Positions 1-18,749 of a stretch of DNA of 64,000 nt are shown piece after piece. The stretch lies in NCBI GenBank assembly GCA_964016885.1, contig OZ024741.1, positions 83,638,001 through 83,702,000 of the forward strand. The letters run 5' to 3'. The notes under the pieces are model-generated. The model saw nothing but the letters and a program-made list of their open reading frames with translations, searched no databases and was not told where the DNA came from. Both the position numbers and the translations under genes were made by a program. How positions within the stretch are numbered: position 1 is the first letter of the stretch; every line of letters starts with the position of its first letter. The stretch is from Eledone cirrhosa. Lineage: Eukaryota.

Positions 1-2777
<2,777 letters not shown>

Positions 2778-2780
<3 letters not shown>

Positions 2781-2910
2781 TGTTGATGCCCTAAGGACAG
2801 ACACTGGTCTGTTGGAGACGCAGGACATGGCAGCGATAATGAGGGACAGAGACCGCTGGAGAGAACTCGTCCATGGATCTCGGGAATTTTACCCGCCTTA
2901 GATAGATAGA
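2778..2910 (+). mobile_element. RTE-clade LINE, 5'-truncated 3' end
   Basis: Translates [31 protein letters not shown]..., an RTE-like C-terminus (DR.xW); ends in a tagatagataga tail; near-identical to the copy at 4330-4597. Confidence 0.8.
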
Positions 2911-3057
2911 TATATATATATATAGTATATATATATATATATATATATATATCTTATATATTGTATATATATATACATATATGTAGTATATATATATATA
3001 TATATCTATATATATATATATATATATTTTATATATATATATATATATTGTATATAT

Positions 3058-3104
<47 letters not shown>

Positions 3105-3111
3105 TATATCT

Positions 3112-3142
<31 letters not shown>

Positions 3143-3317
3143 CATATATATAGTATATATATATATATTGTATATATATATATATATATATATTGTATAT
3201 ATATATATATATATATATTGTATATATATATATATATTGTATATATATATTGTATATATATATATATATATATATTGTATATATATATATATATATTGTA
3301 TATATATATATATAGAT

Positions 3318-3361
<44 letters not shown>

Positions 3362-3741
3362 ATATATATATATATATATATATTGTATATATATATATAT
3401 TGTATATATATATTGTATATATATATATATATATATTGTATATATATATATATATATTGTATATATATATATTGTATATATATATTGTATATATATATAT
3501 ATATTGTATATATATATATATTGTATATATATATTGTATATATATATATTGTATATATATATCATATTGTATATATATATATATATTGTATATATATATA
3601 TATATTGCATATAACTATATATATATATTGTATATATATATATATATATTGCATATATATATATATATATTGTATATATACATATATTGTATATATATAT
3701 ATTGTATATATATATTGTATATATATATATATATCGTATAT

Positions 3742-3783
<42 letters not shown>

Positions 3784-3828
3784 ATATATATATATATATA
3801 TATATATTGTATATATATATATATATAT

Positions 3829-3910
<82 letters not shown>

Positions 3911-3942
3911 TATATATTGTATATATATATATATATATATAG

Positions 3943-4021
<79 letters not shown>

Positions 4022-4033
4022 ATATATATATTG

Positions 4034-4109
<76 letters not shown>

Positions 4110-4245
4110 ATATATATATTGTATATATATATATATTGTATATATATATATATTGTATATATATATATATATATTTTATACATATATATATATTGTATAT
4201 ATATATATATATATATATTGTATATATATATATATATATATATTG

Positions 4246-4277
<32 letters not shown>

Positions 4278-4329
4278 ATATATTGTATATATATATATAT
4301 ATATTGTATATATATATATATATATATAT
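2911..4329. repeat. (TA)nTTG satellite
   Basis: Direct. Confidence 0.97.
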
Positions 4330-4597
4330 CCAAGGCGGGTAAAATTCCCGAGATCCATGGACGAGTTCTCTCCAGCGGTCACTGTCCCTCATTATCGCTG
4401 CCATATCCTGCATCTCCAACAGACCAGTGTCTGTCCTTAGGGCATCAACATATGTTAACCTTGGTCTTCCTCTTCTAGTGTGACCATGTAGGGGCTCCCA
4501 AAGGAGCACTGAGTGCAATGTCAACTCTGGATGTCGGTGAGCATGTCCAGCCAACCTCAGTCTCCTCTGTGTCACTTTTGAGCTGACCTTTGGGATA
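4330..4597 (-). mobile_element. RTE-clade LINE, 5'-truncated 3' end
   Basis: IPKVSSKVTQRRLRLAGHAHRHPE...LLWEP...[11 protein letters not shown]...DRWR: RRLR.AGH and RGRP motifs typical of the RTE ORF C-terminus. Confidence 0.88.
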
Positions 4598-6615
<2,018 letters not shown>

Positions 6616-6639
6616 GTAACCGTAGAAATAATAATGCTA

Positions 6640-7408
6640 ATAATAGTGATGGAAATAAAAAATAAAAAGAATAGAAGAAGATTGAATACATACTTCAACC
6701 CCCTTTTAACTCTGAAGTGGCTATAAATATTCCTAGGGCCTTCTTCTCTGTGTTAGAAAGGAACTTCCCTCCTGGTAATAGGTACCACTCTATCCTCAAT
6801 AAGAATGTTGTTAAACTTTCGTATTCTACAACCCAAAATCTGGCCTCTCATCTGGCCATTACTAATAATAGGAAAATAAAGGAAGGCCTGGACAACCTAA
6901 GCCTAGGGGAAAACACGGTAGTGGACAGAGTGGGCCGAAACACAAGTGGTGATCATTCTGAGAATAGCATCACCAGAAATTGTAACTGTAGAAGGGCTTC
7001 AGGCTGCCCCCTGAATGGTTTCTGCCTTATTAGAAACATAGTTTATGCGTGTGATGTGGTAACTACGGCGTCTACTAAAACCTATATAGGATCAACCTCC
7101 ACCCCCTTTAAGACCAGGTTTAACTCTCACCAGTGCACTTTTAGACACAATAAACTGAGGAACTCCACCTCCTTGCAGCGTACGTCCACAATTTAAAAAA
7201 CGCACGAACACATTACACACTTACTTGGCGGCAGGTTGCTAAATCCCATCCATATACTCCTCATAATAGAGTATGTAACCTATGCCTTGCCGAATCCCAC
7301 TCTATTATATTTGCTAAATGCCCTCTACTAAACAGAAAGTCAGAAATATTTTCCTCTTGCCCCCACCGAATATTAAGCTCTTTCTTCTACTTTAAACCTA
7401 TTAGCTAG
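6640..7408 (+). pseudogene. PLE linker + GIY-YIG endonuclease, frameshifted
   Basis: ORF 6717-7196 plus flanking frames; stop TAG at 7406-7408 after ...FFYFKPIS. Confidence 0.8.
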
Positions 7409-8680
7409 CACTTCCTTATTTCTCCAGTTGGGCTATCTTGTGTAACTGTCTCTTATTGTGTGTAACTGTCTCCTATTGTTTGTCTTCTATGTATATGAGT
7501 CGGTGAGTGTATACGTATGCCTGCGGGAGGATATTGATCTGGATATTGCGGTGTACAGGTGAGTGGGTGTGTATGTTAATAAGCACCCCTGTTTGGCACA
7601 GCGGATGTAACCCATCCACGCTCGCCTACCCACCATTGGTGCATTGGTGGGTCTATCCCGATGTGTATCTTGCGGATCTGTACCTCTGTATGCGCATGAG
7701 TTATGATGTAATGTATCTATGTAGAGCGTGTACTGTGATATAGGCTGCACAAATAGAAATTTAGCCTGTAACTGTGGGCGGACCTGTGCCATCTCGCCGT
7801 AAGCAGTAGATACGTGGCGCATGTACGTGTTGCCCTCCTATTCTGTGGTTTAAGATCTACAGGCTGACTTCTGGGAGCTCTTGCCCGGGGTTGTAGTCTT
7901 TCTAGCACGATCGGCCTTCCATATATTGACGGTCGTTGTTATGATCCTGAAAGTAACGTTTCGGCCCCGATAGCCCTCCGTAGTTACTAACGGTCTGTGT
8001 ACACTTAAATCGGGCAATGGCACGTGCGGACATGATTATCTCCGTAGGAATTCAATTTTATTTTACTACATCTCATCGTATGTATTTATTTTGAATGTAT
8101 TATCCGTGGTGGTGGGTCTTGCATAATGTGGTATTTCTGTGTTTAATATCAGCTTTGACCGGGTGTCCTACGCTGTGTGTGTGTGCGTGTGTGTCTGTGT
8201 ATACATTTATATGTGTATGGGTGTAGGTGGTTGTATATGTCTGTATATAAAAATATATATATATATGTATACCGTCTCTGCATATGCATGTGGTGTGTAT
8301 ATGTGCATATACGTGCTGAACATATTGGTGTGTATAATCTTGTGATGTCCCAATGCGGTGACTTCATGATATTGGCTCTTGAAGCTATTTTTTATATATA
8401 TTTTGTTTTTTTATATATCTTTTGTATGCGCTCCAACTGTGTCTGCTTGCTTTGGCTAACCCGCCTGCACCTGCTTGCTTTCGGCCCAATTGTCTGCCTC
8501 TTGCTACTGCGCGTGAATTCTCCTACCTTCCTTCGATGTACCTCTGTTTGACCATTGGACTCCTGCCCGGGTGTGAACCGGTTTGTGATTACCCCACCGC
8601 TCAACTGTGTGAATACACACCCGTGACTTTCGAGTGAACTTTTGAGACTGCCCAACCTGGGACGCCTCCATTGCCTTGCA

Positions 8681-8840
8681 ATGGTCAAGTGATACTGATA
8701 ACTGTGACACTTAGTGCCTTCGTGGGCCCCTGATATATTCAAGAAATATATTCTAAAAAAATGGTCAAGTGATACTGATAACTGTGACACTTAGTGCCTT
8801 CGTGGGCCCCTGATATATTCAAGAAATATATTCTAAAAAA
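8681..8840 (+). repeat. Perfect 80-bp tandem duplication inside the PLE 3' region
   Basis: atggtcaagtgatactgata...ttctaaaaaa at 8681-8760 and 8761-8840. Confidence 0.95.
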
Positions 8841-9593
8841 ATATATATCTTATCTCAATTTACTTTATTTTATTTTATTTTATTTCATTTCATTTTATTT
8901 AATTTTATTTATTTATTTATTTAATTTCATTTATTTATTTATTTATTTACATATTTATTTATTTATTTATTTAATTTTAATTGTATTAATTTTATTTATT
9001 TATTTAATTTAATTTATTTATTTAATTATATTTAATTATATCTTATATTATATTATTTTATTTTAGTCTATTTTATTTTATTTTATTTTAGTTTACCTTA
9101 TTTTATCTTATTTTATGATTATATTATATTATGTTCTATTTTATATAATTTTAATTTTAATTTTATATTATTTTATTTCATTCCTTACCCTGTATCACTA
9201 TTATCTGTATATTTTATATTTTATATGTATGTTTTTTATATTTTTTTATATTTTTTTATATTTTCTTATATATATTATAAGTCTATTTTTTACCTATTTT
9301 TCACCTATTTTTTACCTACTCTTACCTAATCCTATCTATCTTATCTACTCTTGTCTGTCATCTTATCCATGTGTATGCTTGTATGTAACTATATGTTGAC
9401 AGCACCCCGCCCAACTGTGACTGATAGCACCCCTTATTTTTCAATTATTTTTCATTGTTTATTTTATTATTTTTATTTTTATTTTTATTTTTATTTTTAC
9501 TTTCACTTCCTTAATATCCTTTATCTTTTATTATTTTTCATTCTTCAATGTCTTGGATTTGTTATTGCTTGTGTGGTATGTAATTAACCTTTA

Positions 9594-9639
9594 TGCTCTG
9601 TTGAGTCCCACTTATAGTGCGGATGAAACAATGTTAGCA
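9594..9639 (+). ncRNA. Minimal type I hammerhead ribozyme motif (CUGUUGA variant)
   Basis: tgct-CTGTTGA-gtcc cac ttata gtg c ggat-GAAA-caatg-tt-agca; stem I tgct/agca; ~40 nt from the element 3' end. Confidence 0.75.
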
Positions 9640-9898
9640 AGTAAAGATATGCATATGCTATAGGCGTTCTTGGTTATTTATTATATATATATATATATTG
9701 TATATATATATATATATATATTGTACATATATATATATATATATTGTGTATATATATATATATATTGTATATATATATATATATATATTGTAATAATAAT
9801 AAAATTGAAGACTAAAATCCAGAGAGGGCTCGATAAGGAAAATATATATCAAATATATAAGAACCGAAGAGCAAATATTTATTAAAATAACAGATTAA

Positions 9899-9949
9899 AG
9901 TTTAAGCAAAGAATCGCTGCTTTCACCCTTAACGGGATCTTCTGAAACT
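9899..9949 (-). ncRNA. HHR-like motif (CAGAAGA core), reverse complement of 10395-10445
   Basis: Same sequence as the 10395-10445 motif, on the minus strand. Confidence 0.55.
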
Positions 9950-10394
9950 AACAAAGTCAATCTGTAAACGCAGAACTGGATATTTCAAAAAACGTTGCAA
10001 CCGGAGGAAGACAGGAAGACGATACTTTGGTTCATGGTGACGTTCGCTGGCAAAAAACGGGAAAAAACGAATAATACGTCATTAATAGGAGCGGTAAAAA
10101 ACGATTAGGTGCAAGGACAGAACCACGTTTATGGTATAAAAGAGGTCGTAGACTAAAGTTCTCTAAGTGGTGCATAGAGACGTTCTCTGGCAATGAACGA
10201 AAAAACGAAGATAAAAAGTCATATGTGGAGCGTGGAGAACAATAGCGTGCAAAGACAAGACCACGTAAATGGTATAGCAGAAGTCGTAGACTAAAATTCT
10301 AACTAGGAGACCGAATGAATCTCCGCTACAGAGTTAGGAACAAAGTAAATATATACAATACAGAAGTAATAGGAGTTTACAGATTGACTTTGTT

Positions 10395-10445
10395 AGTTTC
10401 AGAAGATCCCGTTAAGGGTGAAAGCAGCGATTCTTTGCTTAAACT
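10395..10445 (+). ncRNA. HHR-like motif (CAGAAGA core)
   Basis: agttt-CAGAAGA-t ccc gttaa ggg t-GAAA-gca gcgattctt tgc-tt-aaact; all three stems can form. Confidence 0.55.
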
Positions 10446-10469
10446 TTAATCTGTTATTTTAATAAATAT

Positions 10470-10488
10470 ATATATATTGTATATATAT

Positions 10489-10526
<38 letters not shown>

Positions 10527-10755
10527 ATATATATATATATATTGTATATATATATTGTATATATATATATTGTATATATATATATACATATATATTGTAT
10601 ATATATATATATATTTTATATATATATATATATATTGTATATATATATATATTGTATATATATATATATATTGTATATATATATATATATATTGCATATA
10701 TATATATATATATTGCATATATATATATATATATTGTAATTATATATATATATAT

Positions 10756-10825
<70 letters not shown>

Positions 10826-11035
10826 ATATATATATATATATATATTGTATATATATATATATTGTATTTATATATATTATTGTATATATATTGTATATAT
10901 ATATATATATTGTATATATTGTATATATATTGTATATATATATAAATATTGTATATATTGTATATATATTGTATATATATTGTATATATATATATATATA
11001 TATTGTATATATTGTATATATTTATATATATATAT

Positions 11036-11091
<56 letters not shown>

Positions 11092-11111
11092 ATATATATA
11101 TATATATATAT

Positions 11112-11166
<55 letters not shown>

Positions 11167-11215
11167 TGTATATATATATATATTGTATATATATATATAT
11201 TGTATATATATATAT

Positions 11216-11287
<72 letters not shown>

Positions 11288-11308
11288 ATATATATATATA
11301 TATAATAT
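10470..11308. repeat. (TA)nTTG satellite
   Basis: Direct. Confidence 0.97.
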
Positions 11309-11407
11309 ACAGAATACCCAAAATAGGACAAAATACATAACGAAATCAAATATAATATCACGACCAAAAGTTCATCAAGCGATCACCAACAGGAATAGAA
11401 ATCCTGA

Positions 11408-13709
11408 ACAGAGAAAGATTCATTTTTTAACGTCAGGACAACAAAAACCGGAAAAAGAAAAACTCCAGGAGGAAACATACCCAAAACAGAAGTACACGTC
11501 GATCCTAAAATAATTAAATTATCTAAAAGAGATCTTGACAATGATGAAATGCAAATTCTGTCAAAAGGACTGAAATTCACACCGACTCCAACAGTCAACC
11601 ACCAAGAACTGAAGGAGGATACCCAAGAATTCTGTCGAAAATTACGTCTTGTAGAATTCTTCGCTGATAAAAATAATGAGAGTGATGAATCACTAGTAAA
11701 GAATAAATCAAATTTCACTCCGCCAAAAGGAAGAAATATCTATCTCGACCAATACATTGACATCCTGTCTAAATTTCCTCTTAGACATAATACTAATGTT
11801 AGGCCAAACATGAACAAATCAGAAATGTCTGCACTTAAACGTATACAAAATGATAAAACAATAATAATTAAACAAGCAGATAAAGGGGTTGCAGTTGTTA
11901 TATTGGATACTGAATACTACAAGGATTTGGTTGAGGAACAACTGAAAGACACAACATTCTATCATGAAATACCGTCAAATATAGACCACAGCATCATGAA
12001 GAAGATCAACAACCTGGCTTCAAAATACCACAACTCATTTACTGATAAGGAAAGAGACTACATCACCAATTCTGAGCCGAAACCCAGCAACCCGTATGGC
12101 CTACCGAAAGTTCACAAGTCAAAAGAAATACAACTGGCAGTAAGAGAACAAAACAGTGAGTACATTAAATTATTACACCCAAAAGACTTAAAACTTAGAC
12201 CTATTATAGCTGGTCCAACATGCCCCACTCACCGTCTAAGCAATTTTGTTGACATTATTTTGAAACCACTATGTATTCACTTACCCAGTTTCATCCGGGA
12301 TGATATCGACTTCCTGTCCCATCTTCCCAAAACCACGGAAACGAATTCACTTCTACTCAGTTTTGATGTGGTAAGCCTTTACACCAATATTACACATGAT
12401 TTAGGAATAAAGGCGGTTAAATACTGGGTGGACAAAACATAGAGAAGTGATTCCCATTAGATTCACAGCGCCATTTATATTAGACGCAGTTAAACTTATT
12501 CTGGAAAACAACACTTTCTTCTTCAATGGAAAGAATTACATCCAAATTAGAGGCACAGCGATGGGAACGAAGTTTGCTCCCGTTTACGCGAACTCTGTAA
12601 TGGGATACTTAGAACAACAACTCTACCAAAAAATAGAGGAAAAATATAGTACTGACTTTAGAAAGTACATTGAAAAATCTTGGAAGAGATACCTTGACGA
12701 CTGTTTCATCATCTGGACAGAATCTCTAGATACTCTGGATGAGTTCAATATCCTCCTGAATAACCTACACCCATCTCTCCAATTCACAAAAGAGATGAGT
12801 AGGACCAAATTACCATTCCTAGATATAATGATAATCAAAAACGACACCACCATTACCACGGATATATATTATAAACACACAGACACCCATCAATATCTGA
12901 ATTTTAAGTCGTCCCATCCACCTCATACAAAACGCAACATCCCATACTGCCTAGCCAGAAGAATTTGTACCATTGTAGAAGATACGAATACCAGGTACAA
13001 ACGCCTAACAGAACTAAGAGAATTTTTGCTCAAACAAAAATACCCATCTCTACTTATAGAAAATGGCATACAGCGGGCTATAAAAATACCTATACAACAA
13101 CTTAGAACAACCCAAGGAAGAAGAAACCAAGAACTGGTCATACCATTTATAATGACACACAACCCATGTCACCAGAATATCTTCAACACTGCCAAAGCAA
13201 ACCTACCGATCATTGCTCAAAGTAATGAATTAAAAGGCTTAATCACAGATCGATCTTTGACTCTTAGTAAAAGACAGCCAAAAAATTTGAAGCAATTGCT
13301 AATAAAAGCAAAGTTTGACCTTAACAACAAAGACCAATCATCCACTGTATCTAAATGCAATGATATTCGATGCGGCACATGTCAATCCATACTCGCCGGT
13401 CAATATATGAAAACAAAAACTGGAAAAATATTCCCAAATGCAAATATGAACTGCAAAAGCAGAAATCTAATTTACTGCATTAAATGCCCGAATTGTGAAG
13501 AACTATATGTCGGTCAAACTGGAAATGCACTATCGCACCGTGCACGGGTACACCGTCAGATACCCCTAAGCGGCCACCTGGCAACATGTGGTCAGGGAAT
13601 ATTTATAATATTCCCATTCTACAAATTACACAGTCCAAGTGAAATCAAGAGAAAAATCAAAGAAAAGAATTTTATTGATAAATTCAAACCCAAGCTAAAT
13701 GAACAATAA
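11408..13709 (+). pseudogene. PLE RT + GIY-YIG polyprotein with one apparent +1 frameshift at ~12434-12440
   Basis: ORFs 11549-12442 and 12447-13709 join as WVDKHREVIPIRF if one A is removed from gacaaaacat. Confidence 0.85.
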
Positions 13710-14083
13710 TAACGCCTAGGGGTATTACTTCTACTACCACTATGACCACGACCACTAACAACAACAACAACAACAATAATAATAATAATAAAAGTGATGT
13801 TGATGGTGATGATTAATAGAAAATGCTATTTTCATCATTTCAAAAAGCAAAACAAATGATACGTTGGATATGACTATTGGTCGTTAGCATGCTCAACCAG
13901 CCGTGACGCTTAAACCAATCAGCTGTAGTAATTCAGTGAAACTACACACTGATTGGTCGAAATACAGTTTACAGGGCTTTGCATTCTGGAGCCACTTTTC
14001 TCTGTATAAAATGTATAAAAGGTAGGAAATTTACCCATCTCATTACAGTTGAAAATTGCAAACTCGACTGTCACCACATATCA

Positions 14084-14122
14084 TGAACCTGAAGATTGCG
14101 AAAGCATGACAGTACTTGTTCA
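14084..14122 (+). ncRNA. Minimal type I HHR motif with GAAA->GACA change (probably inactivated)
   Basis: tgaac-CTGAAGA-t tgc gaaa gca t-GACA-gtac-tt-gttca; palindromic stem III agtact. Confidence 0.65.
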
Positions 14123-14294
14123 ATTAACACTTAGAATTTAATATTCTATCATACTATTTCATTATAATACCATTATATATATTTTAAAGGATTGTAAATA
14201 AAACGAGTAAATCAGACAAAGTTGGAATTCCTCTTATTAATATAATCTTCTATACACAATCATACACACCCGTGTGTATGATTTACCTATCTAT

Positions 14295-14978
<684 letters not shown>

Positions 14979-17596
14979 CTTAATGATGGGGGACTTCAAC
15001 CTCCCCGGAGTTGACTGGTCCACAAACAGCCTGCCACCAGGTTCTTCTGCCTCAACCTCTGACAGGGAAGCTGTGGAATCGCTTCTTGACTTCATGGATG
15101 ATTTCTTCCTATCCCAACTAGTGCTCGAACTAACGAGGTGCCACAAAAACGTCCTAGACTTAATTTTCAGCAATCACACTGACAATATCCACAATATTGC
15201 AGTGGAGAAAACTCTACCCTCTGATCATGACATGGTTCTCTGTGATCTGAGATTCCACCGTCCAAATATACAAACCCAATGTCATCTCTCCTGTCCATCC
15301 GTTTGACGCTATGGATTTCCACAATGCAAACTGGGAAGCGATCAGTCATGATCTTGCACATGTCGATTGGTCCTTCACGCACACTCATACACCCACTAAC
15401 ATCAAAAAGTCCTGGCAGACATTTGTGGACACTGTTACAAACATATGTGCTAAACACACCCCATTAAGAACTATAAACAAATCTAAGAGCAGAATCCCTA
15501 GAAATAGAAAAACGCTCATCAGAAAAATTAAGAGAACGAACAAAAAAATCAACAAGCTGAAATACTGTCAGCAGCAACACATCAACTTGACTGCCATTTC
15601 ATCACTAGAGATTAAAAAACATAACCTCCAAAACAACATAATGTCCCTCATCAACAATCAGAGAAGAGCTGAAGAGGCCTGGGCCATTGAGAAGATCAAA
15701 CTCAATCCCAATGTGTTCTTTTCATTTGCAAAAAAACACAAAATCACTGGCTCTACTGTTGGCCCTCTAATTGATGAAAATGGCACTCTTCAAGACAATG
15801 CTAAAACCATGGGTGAGATACTGCAGAAACAATACTGCTCTGTTTTCAGCAATCCTGATATGGCCGATCTGGGCTGTATCGGCGATGTTACTCCCCATTA
15901 CACCTTATCGGACATAACGTTTGGCGCCCCTGATGTCTTGGCGGCAATAAAGGAAATCAAGCATAATTCAGCAGTAGGTCCCGATAGGTTCCCTGCTTGT
16001 GTCTTGAGGGCGTGTCAACACCAACTTGCATCTCCTCTTGCCAATCTGTGGCGGAACTCACTGGATGCTGGATATGTGCCAGAAAACCTTCTATCCCAGT
16101 CTGTTGTCCCAGTTTTCAAAAAGGGAAACAAATCCCTTGCCGTGAATTACCGTCCAATCTCACTCACCTCTCATATCATTAAGGTATTTGAGCGAGTGGT
16201 GAGATCGCGAATGACCCACTTCCTTGAGAGTAACAATATGCTGAACTCCAACCAGCATGGATTCCGTAATGGAAGGGATTGCCTGACGCAGCTACTGCAT
16301 CACTTTGATGACATTTTGAGAGCCTTGGGAGAGGGTTCCAACACTGATGTTATCTACCTTGATTTCAGCAAGGCCTTTGACAGGGTTGATCATAACATTC
16401 TACTGAGAAAGCTGTCCAATATTGGTGTCACTGGAAAGCTGCTGCAGTGGATCAAGAGCTTCCTGTCAAACAGAACCCAACATGTTGTAGTTGAGGGAGT
16501 CAAATCAAGCCCAGCCAAAGTCAGTAGTGGGGTCCCACAAGGCACTGTGTTGGGCCCACTTCTCTTCATCATCTATATTAATGACATCACTGACATCATC
16601 AAACACAGCAACATTAAAATTTTCGCTGATGATTCCAAGCTCCAAAAGGTCATCAATGGCGTGGATGACCGGATAAGCCTTCAGTCAGACCTACTGGCTG
16701 TTACCCAATGGGCAGAAAAGAACAACATGTTACTGAACGAAGACAAATTCGAACTGATCCACTTTGGAAAAGAGGATGCTCTGAAACTCCCGTACTCCCT
16801 TCCCTCCGGGGAAACTCTCGTGGCATCTAACAACATCAGAGACTTGGGAGTAACCGTGGACAGCAAAATAAGCTGGACCACGCATATAAGCAGCAAAATT
16901 GACATGGCCCGCAGAATGTGTTCCTGGATCCTCAGAACCTTCCAGTCGAGAGATTCCCGCACCATTATCCTTCTCTTCTCTACTTTCGCCCGACCACACC
17001 TTGAATACTGTTGTCCACTGTGGTCTCCCCACACGAAACGAAGTATCATGAAACTTGAAGCTCCTCAAAAGGCAATCACGAAAAAGATAGATGGCATGTC
17101 AGACCTTGACTACTGGGGTCGATTAGAAAACCTGAAACTTTACTCACTCCAACGTCGCCGTGAGCGTTATATTATCTGCATGATGTGGAAAATGTTCCAT
17201 CATCACTGCCAAAATGATGTTGGCATCGCCTTCAAGATACACCCAAGGCTTGGGCCCCGTGCTATCCGTCCCATTCAAAAATCTAAATCGCAACTCATAA
17301 CAACAATACGGCACAATTATTTCACCTCAATCGGCCCTGCTCTCTTCAACATCACACCAGGACACGTCAAAACAGAAACTGACCACACAAAATTCAAGAA
17401 GTCTTTGGACAAATTCCTCCAAGTAATCCCGGACAAACCACCCACACCCGGATATGTCTCCGCAAAGAGTAATTCTCTTCTCGAATGGGCCATGGTGCCC
17501 AAATCCTGAATTGAAAGACTTCGCCAGGTGGTGCTATTAAGTTAGACATGGCCTGGGCCAATACTGGCCAAAACATTTCAAAGTTATTCAAAGTTA

Positions 17597-17598
<2 letters not shown>
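14979..17598 (+). mobile_element. CR1-group LINE, 5'-truncated within the APE endonuclease
   Basis: [17 protein letters not shown] (APE); short 3' UTR with ggcca/tggcc hairpin and tandem ttcaaagtta x2 tail. Confidence 0.88.
15311..17509 (+). CDS. LINE reverse transcriptase ORF2 segment (732 aa, uninterrupted)
   Basis: [60 protein letters not shown]; frameshifted from the upstream APE part near 15300. Confidence 0.9.
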   Translation: MDFHNANWEAISHDLAHVDWSFTHTHTPTNIKKSWQTFVDTVTNICAKHTPLRTINKSKSRIPRNRKTLIRKIKRTNKKINKLKYCQQQHINLTAISSLEIKKHNLQNNIMSLINNQRRAEEAWAIEKIKLNPNVFFSFAKKHKITGSTVGPLIDENGTLQDNAKTMGEILQKQYCSVFSNPDMADLGCIGDVTPHYTLSDITFGAPDVLAAIKEIKHNSAVGPDRFPACVLRACQHQLASPLANLWRNSLDAGYVPENLLSQSVVPVFKKGNKSLAVNYRPISLTSHIIKVFERVVRSRMTHFLESNNMLNSNQHGFRNGRDCLTQLLHHFDDILRALGEGSNTDVIYLDFSKAFDRVDHNILLRKLSNIGVTGKLLQWIKSFLSNRTQHVVVEGVKSSPAKVSSGVPQGTVLGPLLFIIYINDITDIIKHSNIKIFADDSKLQKVINGVDDRISLQSDLLAVTQWAEKNNMLLNEDKFELIHFGKEDALKLPYSLPSGETLVASNNIRDLGVTVDSKISWTTHISSKIDMARRMCSWILRTFQSRDSRTIILLFSTFARPHLEYCCPLWSPHTKRSIMKLEAPQKAITKKIDGMSDLDYWGRLENLKLYSLQRRRERYIICMMWKMFHHHCQNDVGIAFKIHPRLGPRAIRPIQKSKSQLITTIRHNYFTSIGPALFNITPGHVKTETDHTKFKKSLDKFLQVIPDKPPTPGYVSAKSNSLLEWAMVPKS

Positions 17599-18665
<1,067 letters not shown>

Positions 18666-18749
18666 TAAGAGAGTAAAACAAAGAAGCCTTCAATACATGA
18701 AAAGTCTTTATTAGCCGACAATGTTTCGTCCTATTAAGGACTCATCAGT

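Larger units (their letters stand above)
6616..9677 (+). mobile_element. Penelope-like element (Hydra-like), 5'-truncated: GIY-YIG endonuclease remnant plus ~2.2 kb 3' region with HHR
   Basis: CNCRRASGCPLNGFCL...IVY...TYIGST, then CNLCLAE...LLNRKSEIFSSCPH across frameshifts; paralogous to 18665-22798; (TA)n on both sides. Confidence 0.85.
9790..10469 (-). mobile_element. Short non-coding PLE-derived element with 95-bp inverted arms (9875-9969 / 10375-10469), each holding an HHR-like motif
   Basis: Arms are reverse complements; internal ~40-bp direct repeat (10122-10161 / 10260-10300); related fragments at 37765-37825 and 38188-38265; (TA)n flanks. Confidence 0.75.
11309..14290 (+). mobile_element. 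Penelope-like element, Neptune-like, near full length
   Basis: LSKGLKFTP, ADKG, YGLPKVHK, RPI, FDVVSLYTNI, GTAMGT, RYLDD, LPFLD, CNDIRCGTC linker, LIYCIKCPNC..YVGQT, PKLN; 3' HHR-like motif. Confidence 0.92.

Noticed and set aside
7952-7988. Minus-strand agtaa-ctacgga-gggc...gcc-gaaacgttact resembling an HHR
   Set aside because: The core differs from CUGANGA at three positions including the essential G5/A6, and it is antisense to the host element.
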